This document shows positions 1 through 11,884 of a stretch of DNA of 48,721 nt, piece after piece (positions within the stretch are counted from its first letter, which is position 1; each line of letters starts with the position of its first letter). The notes under the pieces were generated by a model. It was not told where the DNA came from. It did not search any database and saw nothing but the letters and a program-made list of their open reading frames with translations. The stretch comes from an uncultured Deferribacteres bacterium (GTDB lineage Bacteria; Zhuqueibacterota; Zhuqueibacteria; Zhuqueibacterales; Geothermadaptataceae), in contig CAXHAT010000036.1 in assembly GCA_964014485.1 (NCBI GenBank), positions 1-48,721 on the forward strand, read 5' to 3'. A program made the position numbers and the translations under genes.

Positions 1-186
1 CCGGCGAAGCAAAATCTTTGTTATCGCCCAGTACAGATCATGCTCAAAAGTTCAAAGATCGAATCAAAAAAGATGCTTCCAGCATGACAATTCCGGGTTT
101 TTTCACCAGTTTTAAAAGCCTATACAAAAAGTGTCAGGTAGTGAATGCAGTTAACAGCAATTTTTCAATGTCAAACTCTATGTTTC

Positions 187-1890
<1,704 letters not shown>

Positions 1891-2178
1891 TTATTCAATC
1901 ACCTTTGGCACGCTAAAATAGCCTCCCGTCGTCTTTGGTGCATTCATCAAGGCTTCTTCTCGCCCCATCTCTGCGTCGACGACGTCATCTCGAAAAACGT
2001 TCGCAAGGCCGTGCATATGTGCAGTTTCAGGCACGTCTTGCAATTCGAGCTCATTTAGTTTTTCAACATAGGAGACGATTTTGCTCAACTCCAACTTCAA
2101 ATGATTGAGTTCGCTGCCTGAAAAACGTAATTTCGCCAACTTTGCGATATGCTCGATTTCTTCTTTTGAAATGTCCAT
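1891..2178 (-). CDS. gatC: Asp/Glu-tRNA amidotransferase subunit C
   Basis: MDISKEEIEHIAKLAKL...NAPK..GYFSVPKVIE pattern; start moved to ATG at 2178 (95 aa). Confidence 0.93.
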   Translation of the reverse strand: MDISKEEIEHIAKLAKLRFSGSELNHLKLELSKIVSYVEKLNELELQDVPETAHMHGLANVFRDDVVDAEMGREEALMNAPKTTGGYFSVPKVIE

Positions 2179-2217
2179 GAGGCTTCTAATTTCGAGTGAT
2201 TGTAAAAAACGGCAATG

Positions 2218-2246
2218 AATATAGACGAATCTCAAATAGATGTCAA
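2218..2246 (-). promoter_or_regulatory. sigma70-type promoter for gatC-pyrG
   Basis: TTGACA-17 nt-TATATT on the minus strand, 40 nt upstream of gatC. Confidence 0.75.
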
Positions 2247-2313
2247 GCGCAAAAGAATTTGCATGGCACAATTGTTGTAAAGTTTCGTTTCTGAAAAATT
2301 CAAGCCTTTTTTC

Positions 2314-2353
2314 AAAAAAAATGCCCGAAGCCATTTGGTACTTCGGGCATTTT
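2314..2353 (-). terminator. intrinsic terminator downstream of mdh
   Basis: TGCCCGAAG/CTTCGGGCA stem followed by T8 on the minus strand. Confidence 0.85.
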
Positions 2354-2410
2354 GATTTCTACTCAAATCTTGAGAAAAACAACGCGCTTTGTTCTTACGA
2401 AAGGTAAGAA

Positions 2411-3334
2411 TTATATCTTAAGCACGTCGATCATTTCCTTCACATGGTCTGCTGATTCGTTCAGCATTCGGCGTTCGTCGTCAGTCAGGTCAATTTCCAT
2501 GATTTTCTCGACGCCGTCCTTTCCCAGAATAACCGGTACGCCGGCATAGGTATCATCGATTCCAAACTCGCCCGACAGCCAAGCCGAGCACGGCAACAGG
2601 CGTTTTGCATCGGTGATAACCGCTTCGACCATTTCAACCGCCGCCGCGGAAGGCGCGTAATAGGCGCTTCCCTGCTTTAAATATTTCACGATTTCGCCGC
2701 CGCCTTGCCGCGTTCTCTGAACGATGGCGTCGAGGCGGTCTTGCGGGATAAGCTGCTTGATCGGGATGCCGCCAACGGTCGTATAGCTCAAAAGCGGCAC
2801 CATATCATCACCATGCCCGCCCAAAACCATCGCCTGAATATCACGGACTGAGATTCCAAGTTCCATCGACAGGAAAGTTCTGTAACGCGCCGTATCGAGA
2901 ATACCAGCTTGGCCGAAAACACGATTCGCTTCGAATCCACTTGTTTTGAATGCAACGTAAGTCATTACATCCAATGGATTCGTAACCATGATGATTTTGG
3001 TTTGCGGCGAGAATTTGACGATTTGCTCGGTGACCGAACTGATAATCTCTGTGTTCTTGTTCAGTAAATCATCCCTGCTCATCCCGGGCTTGCGAGCAAG
3101 ACCCGCCGTTACAACAACAACGTCTGAGTTGGCGGTTTCTTCATACCCGTTTGTGCCGATGACTTTAACGTCAAAACCTTCTATTGGCGCTGATTCCCAC
3201 ATATCCAACGCCTTTCCTTGCGGAATGCCGTCAATGACGTCTACCAAAACAACTTCTTGCGCGAGCCGCTTTTCCGCAACTCTTTGCGCCGCTGTGGCGC
3301 CAACATTTCCCGCGCCAATCACACTGACCTTCAT
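2411..3334 (-). CDS. mdh: malate dehydrogenase (LDH-like, NAD-dependent)
   Basis: GAGNVG Rossmann motif, ARKPGMSRDDL with MDH-specific Arg, LGGHGD. Confidence 0.97.
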   Translation of the reverse strand: MKVSVIGAGNVGATAAQRVAEKRLAQEVVLVDVIDGIPQGKALDMWESAPIEGFDVKVIGTNGYEETANSDVVVVTAGLARKPGMSRDDLLNKNTEIISSVTEQIVKFSPQTKIIMVTNPLDVMTYVAFKTSGFEANRVFGQAGILDTARYRTFLSMELGISVRDIQAMVLGGHGDDMVPLLSYTTVGGIPIKQLIPQDRLDAIVQRTRQGGGEIVKYLKQGSAYYAPSAAAVEMVEAVITDAKRLLPCSAWLSGEFGIDDTYAGVPVILGKDGVEKIMEIDLTDDERRMLNESADHVKEMIDVLKI

Positions 3335-3376
3335 AGCACCTCCTTTCTACTCTTGAAAATCATTTTAATACTAAAG

Positions 3377-3405
3377 AAAAAAGCCGTTGAATATTCAACG
3401 GCTTT
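3377..3405 (-). terminator. intrinsic terminator downstream of rpmA
   Basis: AAAGCCGTTGAA/TTCAACGGCTTT inverted repeat with T6 tail. Confidence 0.8.
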
Positions 3406-3409
3406 AAAA

Positions 3410-3676
3410 TCAGTTTGACTTCTCTGGTTCCAGAATGTGGACATACTTTCTATCTCGACCTTTTCTCTGGAACTTCACAACCCCGTCCATTATTGCAAAG
3501 AGCGTGTCATCTTTTCCCTTTTTTACATTGTCGCCGGGGTGTATTCTGGTACCGCGTTGACGTACGATAATGCTGCCTGCGGTAACAAGTTGCCCGTCAA
3601 ATCGCTTTACGCCTAAATATTGCGGGTTGGAATCACGTCCATTTTTAGAACTGCCAACACCTTTCTTATGTGCCAT
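3410..3676 (-). CDS. rpmA: 50S ribosomal protein L27
   Basis: [19 protein letters not shown] at 3676 with AGGAG SD. Confidence 0.98.
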   Translation of the reverse strand: MAHKKGVGSSKNGRDSNPQYLGVKRFDGQLVTAGSIIVRQRGTRIHPGDNVKKGKDDTLFAIMDGVVKFQRKGRDRKYVHILEPEKSN

Positions 3677-3710
3677 GATATTTCTCCTTAAAGCTTCTCT
3701 TGAAAAAGGC

Positions 3711-4022
3711 TCAGACGACAATCTCGTTGATTTTTAGAATAGACTTCTGCTGACGATGCCCGTTCCGTTTCTGATATCCTTTTCTGCGCTTCTTTTTGAA
3801 AACAATAATTTTCTTTTCGCGAATGCTATCTTCAATATTAGCAGTCACTTTCGCACCCTCAACAGTTGGCTGGCCGACCCGGACAACTTCGCCGTCGGAG
3901 CATAACAGCACGCGATCAAATTCCACTGAGTCCCCAATTTCGCCGCTTATTTTGGGGGCTGTTATTGTCTGATCAGGCTCAACCTTAATCTGCTGACCAG
4001 CTATTTCTACGATTGCATACAT
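3711..4022 (-). CDS. rplU: 50S ribosomal protein L21
   Basis: [11 protein letters not shown]...[20 protein letters not shown] at 4022. Confidence 0.98.
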   Translation of the reverse strand: MYAIVEIAGQQIKVEPDQTITAPKISGEIGDSVEFDRVLLCSDGEVVRVGQPTVEGAKVTANIEDSIREKKIIVFKKKRRKGYQKRNGHRQQKSILKINEIVV

Positions 4023-4063
4023 TACAGGACTCCCTGTCACAACTAAATAAAATTCGTTCGTGA

Positions 4064-5599
4064 TCAACTAAATTTTAGTATTTCGCCCGTTTTTTTCGAA
4101 TGAAATACAAAATCATCGAACTTTAGATTTTCGTTTTCAACAACTTCGATTTTCACCCAGTATTTCCACATAATTCGCCGCAAAGGGCTTCGCAACCCCT
4201 TGCCCAAGAAATGCGCTATTTCCGGGTGAACTTCAAGCGTCACAAGCTTTTCATGCGTCGCCGCTTTGACGCGCCCGATCGCGCGCTCGATTCGCGTCAA
4301 CACAGTTACTTTTGAGCTTATTCGTCCGAGCCCGTCACAAGTCGGGCACGTGTCGGAATATGTAAAGATCAGGCTTGGCCGGATTCGCTCGCGCGTCATC
4401 TCGATCAAACCGAAATCACTTGGGGGGCTTACATTTACCTGCGCTCTGTCTTTTGCCAGCTCTTTCCTGAATGAATCGTATAATGTACGTCTATTTTCCG
4501 GGTCGAGCATATCAATGAAATCAATAACAATGATTCCTCCAATATCTCTCAACCGCAATTGCCTGGCAATTTCCTTTGCAGATTCCAAGTTTATTCTTAG
4601 TGAATTCTCTTCATGCGCCCCTCGTCCTATGAATTTCCCGCTGTTGACGTCGACAGCGACCAAAGCTTCAGTATGGTCAAAAATAAGATGACCACCACTC
4701 TTCATCCAGACTTTCCTGGAAAGACTTTTCTCAATCTCCTGTTCAATATCATACAGATCAAACAGAGGACTTTTTCCTTTGTAGAGTTCGACTCGCTCAA
4801 TTAAACCAGGTGCGAACTCTTTCAAATATCGAACAATCTCTTTATACTCTTTCCCATCGTCGACGATGACTTTTGTAACATCCGGCGTATAAAGATCACG
4901 AATAACGCTTGAGGTCATTCCTACATCTTTAAAGACTAGACTTGGCGGACGTTGCGTCTTGAGCTTTTTAGCAAGCAAACGCCAATTTTTTAGGATAGCC
5001 TCTAAATCAGCACGTAAAACTTTCTCGTCTTTGTATTCAGCAACAGTGCGAATAATGACGCCAAATCCTTCAGGACAGCAATCCCGCGCGATTTGTTTCA
5101 AGCGTCTTCGCTCTCTTGAGTCCGAGATTTTCTTGGATACGCCTGTAGTGTGGGAATTAGGAACTAAAACGAAAAAACGCCCTGGAATTGAAATTTCGGA
5201 GGTAATTCGAGAGCCTTTCTTACTAATGGGTTCTTTAATAATTTGCACCAGGATTTCCTGCCCATCTTTTGGAACAGGGCGCCTGTAAGACTTTTGGGGC
5301 TGTCGCTTAACCGAATCCAATTCGAGGTAAGTTCCATATTCATCAAGAGTTTGTCCAATATCAGAAAAATGAAGAAAAGCATCTTGCTCTTGGCCAATAT
5401 CGACGAAAGCGGCTTTCATGCCTCTTACAACATTTACAACCCGGCCAAGGTATATGTCTCCGACCATTCTTTCAGATTCCGAAAGCTCCACATCCAATTC
5501 GACGAGTTTTCCATCTTCTAAAATGGCTACTCTCGTTTCCCCCATTGTGGAGTTAATCAGTATCTCTTTGGCTCGGGTTTGTTTTGCCTTTCGTCGCAA
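4064..5599 (-). CDS. rng: ribonuclease E/G family protein (short, RNase G-like)
   Basis: S1 domain GDIYLGRV..AAFVDIG, DVNSG, RLRDIGGIIVIDFIDM, Zn-link CPTCDG; probable TTG start at 5599 after AGAGG (5605 also possible). Confidence 0.92.
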   Translation of the reverse strand: MRRKAKQTRAKEILINSTMGETRVAILEDGKLVELDVELSESERMVGDIYLGRVVNVVRGMKAAFVDIGQEQDAFLHFSDIGQTLDEYGTYLELDSVKRQPQKSYRRPVPKDGQEILVQIIKEPISKKGSRITSEISIPGRFFVLVPNSHTTGVSKKISDSRERRRLKQIARDCCPEGFGVIIRTVAEYKDEKVLRADLEAILKNWRLLAKKLKTQRPPSLVFKDVGMTSSVIRDLYTPDVTKVIVDDGKEYKEIVRYLKEFAPGLIERVELYKGKSPLFDLYDIEQEIEKSLSRKVWMKSGGHLIFDHTEALVAVDVNSGKFIGRGAHEENSLRINLESAKEIARQLRLRDIGGIIVIDFIDMLDPENRRTLYDSFRKELAKDRAQVNVSPPSDFGLIEMTRERIRPSLIFTYSDTCPTCDGLGRISSKVTVLTRIERAIGRVKAATHEKLVTLEVHPEIAHFLGKGLRSPLRRIMWKYWVKIEVVENENLKFDDFVFHSKKTGEILKFS

Positions 5600-5836
5600 A
5601 ATCAACCTCTTTTTTCAGATACTAAATCATGTATAGAACGATAAAGTTCTATACTCTAAATCGTTGTCAAGGAACAATTTGAAACATTCTCAGCTTAACG
5701 AAAAGGCGCTGCTTTCGCTCCTAAAATCAATCAATTTTAGCACCTTAGCTTATCGTTTTCGGCTGGATTTCAAAAGTTGGGTAGGTATGAAAATATATGG
5801 ACATATGCAAGATTTTTCTATCGCCGACAAGTATGG

Positions 5837-6391
5837 TTATATTTTCGGCAACGTCACGCCAACTTGTTCTTGATATTTGCCCCCTTTATCCGCGTACGAG
5901 GTTCCACACTCTTCATCACTTTCAAAAAACAGAATTTGCGCTATGCCCTCATTTGCATAAATCCTGGCGGGCAAAGGCGTTGTGTTGGAAATTTCCAAGG
6001 TTACATATCCTTCCCACCCCGGCTCCAACGGCGTCACATTTGTTATAATGCCGCATCGCGCGTAAGTGGATTTCCCAACACAAATGGTCATGATGTTGCG
6101 GGGAATTCGAATATACTCTACCGTCCGCCCCAAAGCAAACGAGTTAGGCGGCACGATGCAAACATCACCGCGAAAGCTGACAAACGATTTTTCATCGAAT
6201 GCCTTTGGATCGACAATGGAGCTATTGATATTAGTAAATATTCTAAATTCATCGGCAATTCGAATATCATACCCATAAGAAGACACGCCGTATGATATAA
6301 CGTCTTCTCGTACTTGAGAATCAACATAGGGCTCGATCATTCTGTGCTCACGAGCCATTTGCGTTATCCATCTATCAGATTTTATCGACAT
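5837..6391 (-). CDS. dcd: dCTP deaminase
   Basis: [35 protein letters not shown]. Confidence 0.97.
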   Translation of the reverse strand: MSIKSDRWITQMAREHRMIEPYVDSQVREDVISYGVSSYGYDIRIADEFRIFTNINSSIVDPKAFDEKSFVSFRGDVCIVPPNSFALGRTVEYIRIPRNIMTICVGKSTYARCGIITNVTPLEPGWEGYVTLEISNTTPLPARIYANEGIAQILFFESDEECGTSYADKGGKYQEQVGVTLPKI

Positions 6392-6424
6392 GCTATAGGC
6401 TTTTTCTCAATGTTACTCTTCATT

Positions 6425-7234
6425 TTAAGCGGCAGATTCCGCCGCAACTTTTTGCTCTTCTTTCGAAATTGTAAACTTGCTGACCAAGATGCTTGCTTCA
6501 TACAGGATCAACAGCGGTACCGCTAGAATGATTTGCGTAAATGGGTCCGGCGGGGTGAGAATAGAGGCGAGAATAAAAATCGTTACGATGCCGTACCTGC
6601 GTTTTTGACGCATAAACTTCGGCGTGAGGACGCCTAACTTCGTCAAGAAAAAAGTCAAAATAGGCATTTCGAAAAACACGCCGAAAACGAGAATTAGCAT
6701 TGTCACAAATTTGAGGTACTCACGAATCGCATAGTTTGCTTCGACGTTCGGCCTTTGCAAATCCAGCAGAAAGTATAAACCGTATTTCAGGACAAAAACA
6801 TAGCAAAAAATTGCGCCAAGAAAGAAGAAGAAAGTTGATATAGTTACGAAGTAAGGAACATATTTTTTCTCCTTCTCAAGCAATCCTGGAGCAATAAACT
6901 TCCACAGCTGATAGAAGACATACGGTGAACTCAAAAAAAGCCCGGCAAACAACGCAAGCTTAATGTAAACCATGAAAAACTCAACAGGAGCGAGGGAAAT
7001 TAACTTCGCATTTTGCTTGATCTCGTCAGCGGCGTCTCCCGTCGTATGCATTTCTATCGCTGCATTAAAAGGAGCGATAAGAAAATCGAATATTAGTTCT
7101 TTGAAAAGAAACGAAAGCGCCGATGCAATAAAGATCGCAACTATGCTTCTTACCAAGCGCCAACGCAATTCTTCAAGATGCTCTAAAAAAGGCATCTCTT
7201 TTTCTTTATCTTTTTTGCTCTTTTTTCCGAACAT
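6425..7234 (-). CDS. tatC: twin-arginine translocase subunit TatC
   Basis: EMPFLEHLEELRWRL, FIAPGL..E, FEMP, LTPPD; about six hydrophobic segments. Confidence 0.97.
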   Translation of the reverse strand: MFGKKSKKDKEKEMPFLEHLEELRWRLVRSIVAIFIASALSFLFKELIFDFLIAPFNAAIEMHTTGDAADEIKQNAKLISLAPVEFFMVYIKLALFAGLFLSSPYVFYQLWKFIAPGLLEKEKKYVPYFVTISTFFFFLGAIFCYVFVLKYGLYFLLDLQRPNVEANYAIREYLKFVTMLILVFGVFFEMPILTFFLTKLGVLTPKFMRQKRRYGIVTIFILASILTPPDPFTQIILAVPLLILYEASILVSKFTISKEEQKVAAESAA

Positions 7235-7279
7235 ATCAATTTCACAACCATTTATCAGGCTGCAAATTCTCGTCAGTTT

Positions 7280-7726
7280 TCAGCTTAATCGCCGCAATTC
7301 ACTAATAAATTCTTCTTTGCTCTGAAATTTCCTGTAGACAGAAGCAAATCTCACATAAGCGACTTCGTCCAGTTCTCTCAGCTTCTCTAATACCGCCAGC
7401 CCAATGGTGTTCGTATCGACCTCCGTAGCGGTTTCATCCCGAAAACCAGCTTCAATTCGATCTACCATGATTTCGATAGACTCCATCGAAACAGGGCGTT
7501 TGTTACAAGCAACCTGAATGCCGCGCCTGATCTTCTCCCGGTCAAACACTTCACGACGGCCATCGCCTTTAACGACCATTAGCGGCGATTCTTCGACATA
7601 CTCTTTTGTCGTGTATCGTCGTTTGCATCCCAAGCATTCCCTTCTGCGGCGAATAAACCGGCCTTCGGCGCTCATCCTGGAATCCAGCACCTTGCTCTCT
7701 ACATTTTCACAATATGGGCAGCGCAT
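7280..7726 (-). CDS. nrdR: transcriptional repressor NrdR
   Basis: MRCPYC..SKVLDSR, RRRRECLGC, ATP cone, AYVRFASVY; start at 7726 or 7729. Confidence 0.97.
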   Translation of the reverse strand: MRCPYCENVESKVLDSRMSAEGRFIRRRRECLGCKRRYTTKEYVEESPLMVVKGDGRREVFDREKIRRGIQVACNKRPVSMESIEIMVDRIEAGFRDETATEVDTNTIGLAVLEKLRELDEVAYVRFASVYRKFQSKEEFISELRRLS

Positions 7727-7748
7727 CATGATTGAGAAAGCACTTCTT

Positions 7749-9044
7749 TTAGATTTCTTCTTTTGGGTATAATGGGAATCTTTTGCATAAATCAACGCAT
7801 TGCGCAGCAACGCGCTGCAAAACCGCCTTATTGTCAATTGCGGTCAACACTTTGTCGATAAGAAAAGCGATTTCTCGCATTTCGTCCTCACCCATCGCAC
7901 GAGTGGTCAGCGCCGCCGTACCGATTCTAATCCCGCTAGTGACAAAGGGACTTTGCGTATCGAACGGCACCATATTTTTGTTGACGGTTATACCTGCCGT
8001 CTCTAGAGCAGCTTCAGCATCCTTTCCTGTAATTCCGTGATTACGTAAGTCAACAAGCATCAAATGCGTGTCAGTGCCGCCGGAAACAATGTTATAGCCC
8101 AGATCGACAAGTTTTTGAGAAAGCGTTTGCGCGTTACTGATGACCTGCTTCGAATAGCTAACAAAATCCTGCTGCAGCGCTTCTTTAAACGAAACCGCCT
8201 TTGCTGCAATAACGTGCATGAGCGGGCCGCCCTGAAAACCGGGAAAAATATTCGAATCGATGATTTCCGACCATTTTTTCACACGCCCTTTTAACATTTT
8301 GACGCCCATGTCATTTTCCCCATCCTTTCCGATTAGGATCATTCCGCCGCGCGGGCCTCGCAGCGTTTTGTGCGTCGTTGTCGTCACGGCATGGCAATGT
8401 GGGACCGGGCTTTTGATCAACTTTGCCGCAATCAATCCTGCAGGGTGCGCCATATCGGCAACAAGTTTCGCGTCTACTTCATCAGCAATGTCACGAAAGG
8501 TTTTATAATCTATCTCACGTGAATATGCGCTTGCACCGGCCATGATCATTTTAGGTCGTTCACGCAGCGCTATATCACGAACTTCATCCATATCGATCAA
8601 GCCCGTCCTCTCATTCACCCCATAAGCGACAATATTGAACAACCGCCCGGAAAAATTGACTGGACTGCCATGCGTCAGATGGCCCCCGTGCGCCAGGTTC
8701 ATACCCAAAACCTTGTCCCCAGGCTGCAAAAAAGCGAAGTATGCCGCAATATTCGCCTGCGAACCAGAGTGAGGCTGAACATTGACATGGTCAGCGCCAA
8801 AGAGTTTTTTTGCACGTTCTCTGGCCAACTCTTCAGCTTTATCAACATGTTCGCACCCGCCATAATACCGCTTTGCAGGGTAGCCTTCGGCGTACTTGTT
8901 CGTCATCACTTGCCCCATTGCTTCCATGACGGCGCGGCTGACGAAATTTTCCGAAGCGATCAGCTCTAGTTTTTCATTTTGCCGATCAATCTCATCAGAA
9001 ATTGTTTGGTGAATTTCCGGATCAAAGTCTCGTAAACTTTGCAC
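7749..9044 (-). CDS. glyA: serine hydroxymethyltransferase
   Basis: [28 protein letters not shown] (PLP lysine); GTG start. Confidence 0.99.
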   Translation of the reverse strand: MQSLRDFDPEIHQTISDEIDRQNEKLELIASENFVSRAVMEAMGQVMTNKYAEGYPAKRYYGGCEHVDKAEELARERAKKLFGADHVNVQPHSGSQANIAAYFAFLQPGDKVLGMNLAHGGHLTHGSPVNFSGRLFNIVAYGVNERTGLIDMDEVRDIALRERPKMIMAGASAYSREIDYKTFRDIADEVDAKLVADMAHPAGLIAAKLIKSPVPHCHAVTTTTHKTLRGPRGGMILIGKDGENDMGVKMLKGRVKKWSEIIDSNIFPGFQGGPLMHVIAAKAVSFKEALQQDFVSYSKQVISNAQTLSQKLVDLGYNIVSGGTDTHLMLVDLRNHGITGKDAEAALETAGITVNKNMVPFDTQSPFVTSGIRIGTAALTTRAMGEDEMREIAFLIDKVLTAIDNKAVLQRVAAQCVDLCKRFPLYPKEEI

Positions 9045-9100
9045 TTTAGCCTCATCAAAAAGACAAATTATAAGATAAACCAGAATTATAACCTTAACAT

Positions 9101-9130
9101 AAGCGTGCCCGGGAAATTCCGGGCACGCTT
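9101..9130. terminator. strong hairpin between the TPR gene and glyA, probable terminator
   Basis: 12-bp perfect stem AAGCGTGCCCGG/CCGGGCACGCTT with 6-nt loop; T tail is weak. Confidence 0.55.
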
Positions 9131-9212
9131 AAAATGGAAATCGATATGATATTAAGGCGGGACTAAGTCATTCGACGATTCAACAAAAAACGGACGCTGT
9201 AAGACTCCTTTG

Positions 9213-10484
9213 CTAACGCAGCCAGCTGTAGCATTCTCCTTGCGGCGTTTTTCTATCTTTATTCATAAAAAAATCGCCTTTTGTTGGCAGAACGTCCACA
9301 AGCGTTCCCATCAAGCTTTCCGCTCTGCTTCGAACAGCAGGGTCTTTTCTAGCTTGCGTAAACTGATCGTTAGCCATTTTGAACACGAGTTTGTCCTCAA
9401 AATTGGCTCCCTTTCTATTTTCCTTAGCCTGACACTGATCGACTGCATCTGTAAAAACTTCGCCTTTTACCAAGTAGGCCCGACCAAAAGTATTATCGGC
9501 GCGAATAGCCTTATTCGCCGTCGCCAATGCGCTTCTCAATTGTCCCATCTTGCGGTAACTGTCAGCTTGTCCCGTTAATGCGCGGACGTCGCCGGGTTGT
9601 TTTGCAAGAATCTTGTCGTAGGTTGAGATGGCGCTTTTGTGATCTTCCGTATTTGTATAGAGCAACGCCAGATCTTCCAGGATAAAGACGTCGTCAGGCT
9701 TCAGAGCATGATATTTCTCAAACATCCCCGCAGCTTCGGCCCAATTTCTTTCATTCCTATAATAGTTCCCAACCTCCAAATAAGCTTCAGCATTTTCGGG
9801 GTTTTCTTTGATTTTATCCAGTAACATCGAAACAACCGCCTCTGAATCCCCTTCCATTCGCATAATACCAAGAATTCTTTCCTGGTATTCAGGGTTATTC
9901 GGGGCAATTTCCTTAAGCGACTGATAAGATTTTAGCGCTTTTTCGGTCTGTTCGGTTTTTAAATAGAGATCGGCAAGAATTTTCAAATCCGCTTCAGACT
10001 TTGGTTGCAGGTTTATAACTTTCTCATAAGACGAAATCGCCTTTTCTGTCTCTTGCTTGTTGGAAAAAATGTATCCAAGTCTGCGGTGCATGTCCGCGTT
10101 GTCAGGAAAAACTTCAACGCCTTGCTGCAGAACCATGACCGCTGAATCGCCTTTACCAAGCTCGAAATAAGTCGCGGCCAAGAAAGAATAGACGTCTTTG
10201 AACTTCTTGTCTTTGTCTAATTCGATGACATTCCAGAAATACTTGGTTACACGGTCATATTCCTTGTTGCGGTAGTTGGTATTTCCAAAACTCCAGTTTC
10301 TCAAGAGTTGCTGATAGGCAATGGAATCTTGTTTCGCCTTTTCCGCGGCGTTCATTGCCGCTTGTTCTTCCGGCGTGAGTTGTTTTGCGCCCCCGCAAGC
10401 CATGTAAAGAGTCGATGCTACAATAAACAGAACCGCTCCTGATAAGAATCGATTCACACTTTTCAATTTCACCTTCGCTTTCAC
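9213..10484 (-). CDS. tetratricopeptide-repeat lipoprotein
   Basis: GTG start at 10484 with GGAGGG SD; basic N-terminus, hydrophobic stretch, lipobox-like LYMAC; repeated TPR patterns (A...Y.K...L.P). Confidence 0.85.
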   Translation of the reverse strand: MKAKVKLKSVNRFLSGAVLFIVASTLYMACGGAKQLTPEEQAAMNAAEKAKQDSIAYQQLLRNWSFGNTNYRNKEYDRVTKYFWNVIELDKDKKFKDVYSFLAATYFELGKGDSAVMVLQQGVEVFPDNADMHRRLGYIFSNKQETEKAISSYEKVINLQPKSEADLKILADLYLKTEQTEKALKSYQSLKEIAPNNPEYQERILGIMRMEGDSEAVVSMLLDKIKENPENAEAYLEVGNYYRNERNWAEAAGMFEKYHALKPDDVFILEDLALLYTNTEDHKSAISTYDKILAKQPGDVRALTGQADSYRKMGQLRSALATANKAIRADNTFGRAYLVKGEVFTDAVDQCQAKENRKGANFEDKLVFKMANDQFTQARKDPAVRSRAESLMGTLVDVLPTKGDFFMNKDRKTPQGECYSWLR

Positions 10485-10557
10485 GCTTTTTCCCTCCTTG
10501 CGAGACGTTTCAAGTGCTTTAATAATTATGAGTAAACTATTTTCCAAATAAGGCGGA

Positions 10558-10586
10558 ATTATAGCCAATTTTCAAAATAATCACAA
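10558..10586 (-). promoter_or_regulatory. sigma70-type promoter for the TPR lipoprotein gene
   Basis: TTGTGA-17 nt-TATAAT. Confidence 0.6.
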
Positions 10587-10654
10587 GAAAAACGACCGAA
10601 CGGCGGCTGCGTTTTAGGGCTCGCCCTAAATCTAACCGAACAGATTATCAGGCT

Positions 10655-11884
10655 TTATCGCCTGCGCCGTATGAACCAAATTTCTCCGCCTGTTACAGCG
10701 GCCGTAAACTGAAAAATGGTTTCTTCCGCTGAATTTTTGTCCAAAGAGCCCCTCTTCCCGATTGCAATGCCAAAATCAAGTTTGCCCCGATTTGCATTAA
10801 ACGGCACCGCCATCCCTAACGTTAACAGTCGTTCTTGAATCTCATTCACGCTTGCCCCAGTCTCAGTGTACGGCAACTTCGCCAAGATGAGACCGGCGCT
10901 GTAAGTCATCCGTTCAAAGAACCCGGAAAACGGTTTATTTGACGGCGTGTAACCAAAACCTGCTGAAATCCTTCTTGTATTGACCGTTGTGCTTTCAAAA
11001 ATTTCTTGCGACTCTACATCACTCCAATTTTGCAGGTACACCTCGCCGCCAAACCGCCATTTTGTTGTCGGGACAAGATAGAAACCATAGCCGTGTGAAA
11101 ACGGCAACTTCGTATCACTTGTAACCTCGGGAGTTATTCTCCCTGTAGCATATTCTACTCTTGTTCGCGTTCCTAATGATGTAGGAAATTGGAAAACCGC
11201 CCCGAGGCTAATGTGATTATTCGCTCTAAACACCAAGCCTGTGTTCCACCCCAAACCGCGTATGTGGGAATTCGTAATATCGCGCGTCGGGCTGAATGAA
11301 TCGTCTGTAGGAATGACGCGCCAAGTCTTTTCGACGCCGCCAAAAAAGACATTCATCCCCGCGCCATAGGAAAAATGTTTTCCAAGCGTGCCGCCAAAAT
11401 GGACAAATCCTCGCTGCAAACCGCCTATGCCGGTTAATGATTCAGTTGCAGTCGACGTAGAGCCGGGGAATTCAACTTCTTGAGAAATCCTGAACGAGAC
11501 AACTGAATAGGGTTGCAGTCCAATCCCAAGTCCATAGCCCTTTTTTACTGGAAAGACCACCTGAAAGCTATTAAAGCTTGCGTTCGCGAGGCTTCCTTCA
11601 TTGTTCGGAAAATTGATATTCGCATTTTCGTAGCGCAGGCTGCCGTCAAAACGCGTCCCGGTGATGTATGGCAGCGCCGCGGAATTCATATAAGGCAGCG
11701 CCGAACTGCTTAAAGTCGCAATGCCGACTCCGCCCATTCCAATCGTTCGAGACAGCGAGAAGTGCTGGACCAATCCTATTCCAAAACGAGAATATATTGA
11801 GCTCGCGGAGGCCGAGGAAGCGGAGATTAAAAGAACCGCCGTTAGGGCAACCGCGCGAACAGACCATTTTTTATTATTTTTCAT
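10655..11884 (-). CDS. outer-membrane beta-barrel protein, FadL/OmpP1-like (BamG-like candidate)
   Basis: Sec signal peptide ending ASA; SIYSRFGIG and GMGG..IA...N.AAL N-terminal motifs; alternating hydrophobic beta-strands; C-terminal GEIWF. Confidence 0.75.
   Translation of the reverse strand: MKNNKKWSVRAVALTAVLLISASSASASSIYSRFGIGLVQHFSLSRTIGMGGVGIATLSSSALPYMNSAALPYITGTRFDGSLRYENANINFPNNEGSLANASFNSFQVVFPVKKGYGLGIGLQPYSVVSFRISQEVEFPGSTSTATESLTGIGGLQRGFVHFGGTLGKHFSYGAGMNVFFGGVEKTWRVIPTDDSFSPTRDITNSHIRGLGWNTGLVFRANNHISLGAVFQFPTSLGTRTRVEYATGRITPEVTSDTKLPFSHGYGFYLVPTTKWRFGGEVYLQNWSDVESQEIFESTTVNTRRISAGFGYTPSNKPFSGFFERMTYSAGLILAKLPYTETGASVNEIQERLLTLGMAVPFNANRGKLDFGIAIGKRGSLDKNSAEETIFQFTAAVTGGEIWFIRRRR

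Noticed and set aside
1..186. Possible gene downstream of pyrG, and plus-strand ORF 18..260
   Set aside because: All three minus-strand frames hit stops before the edge; the plus-strand ORF has no recognisable motif and overlaps pyrG antisense.
3677..3721. N-terminal extension of L27 (Prp-cleaved type)
   Set aside because: ORF-caller extension overlapping the rplU stop; the SD supports the MAHKKG start and no prp gene is present.
9045..9212. ZTP (pfl) riboswitch upstream of glyA
   Set aside because: CCCGGGCAC only loosely resembles the 3' motif and the conserved 5' GACUGGCG segment is absent; a plain hairpin explains it. An Rfam scan would settle this.
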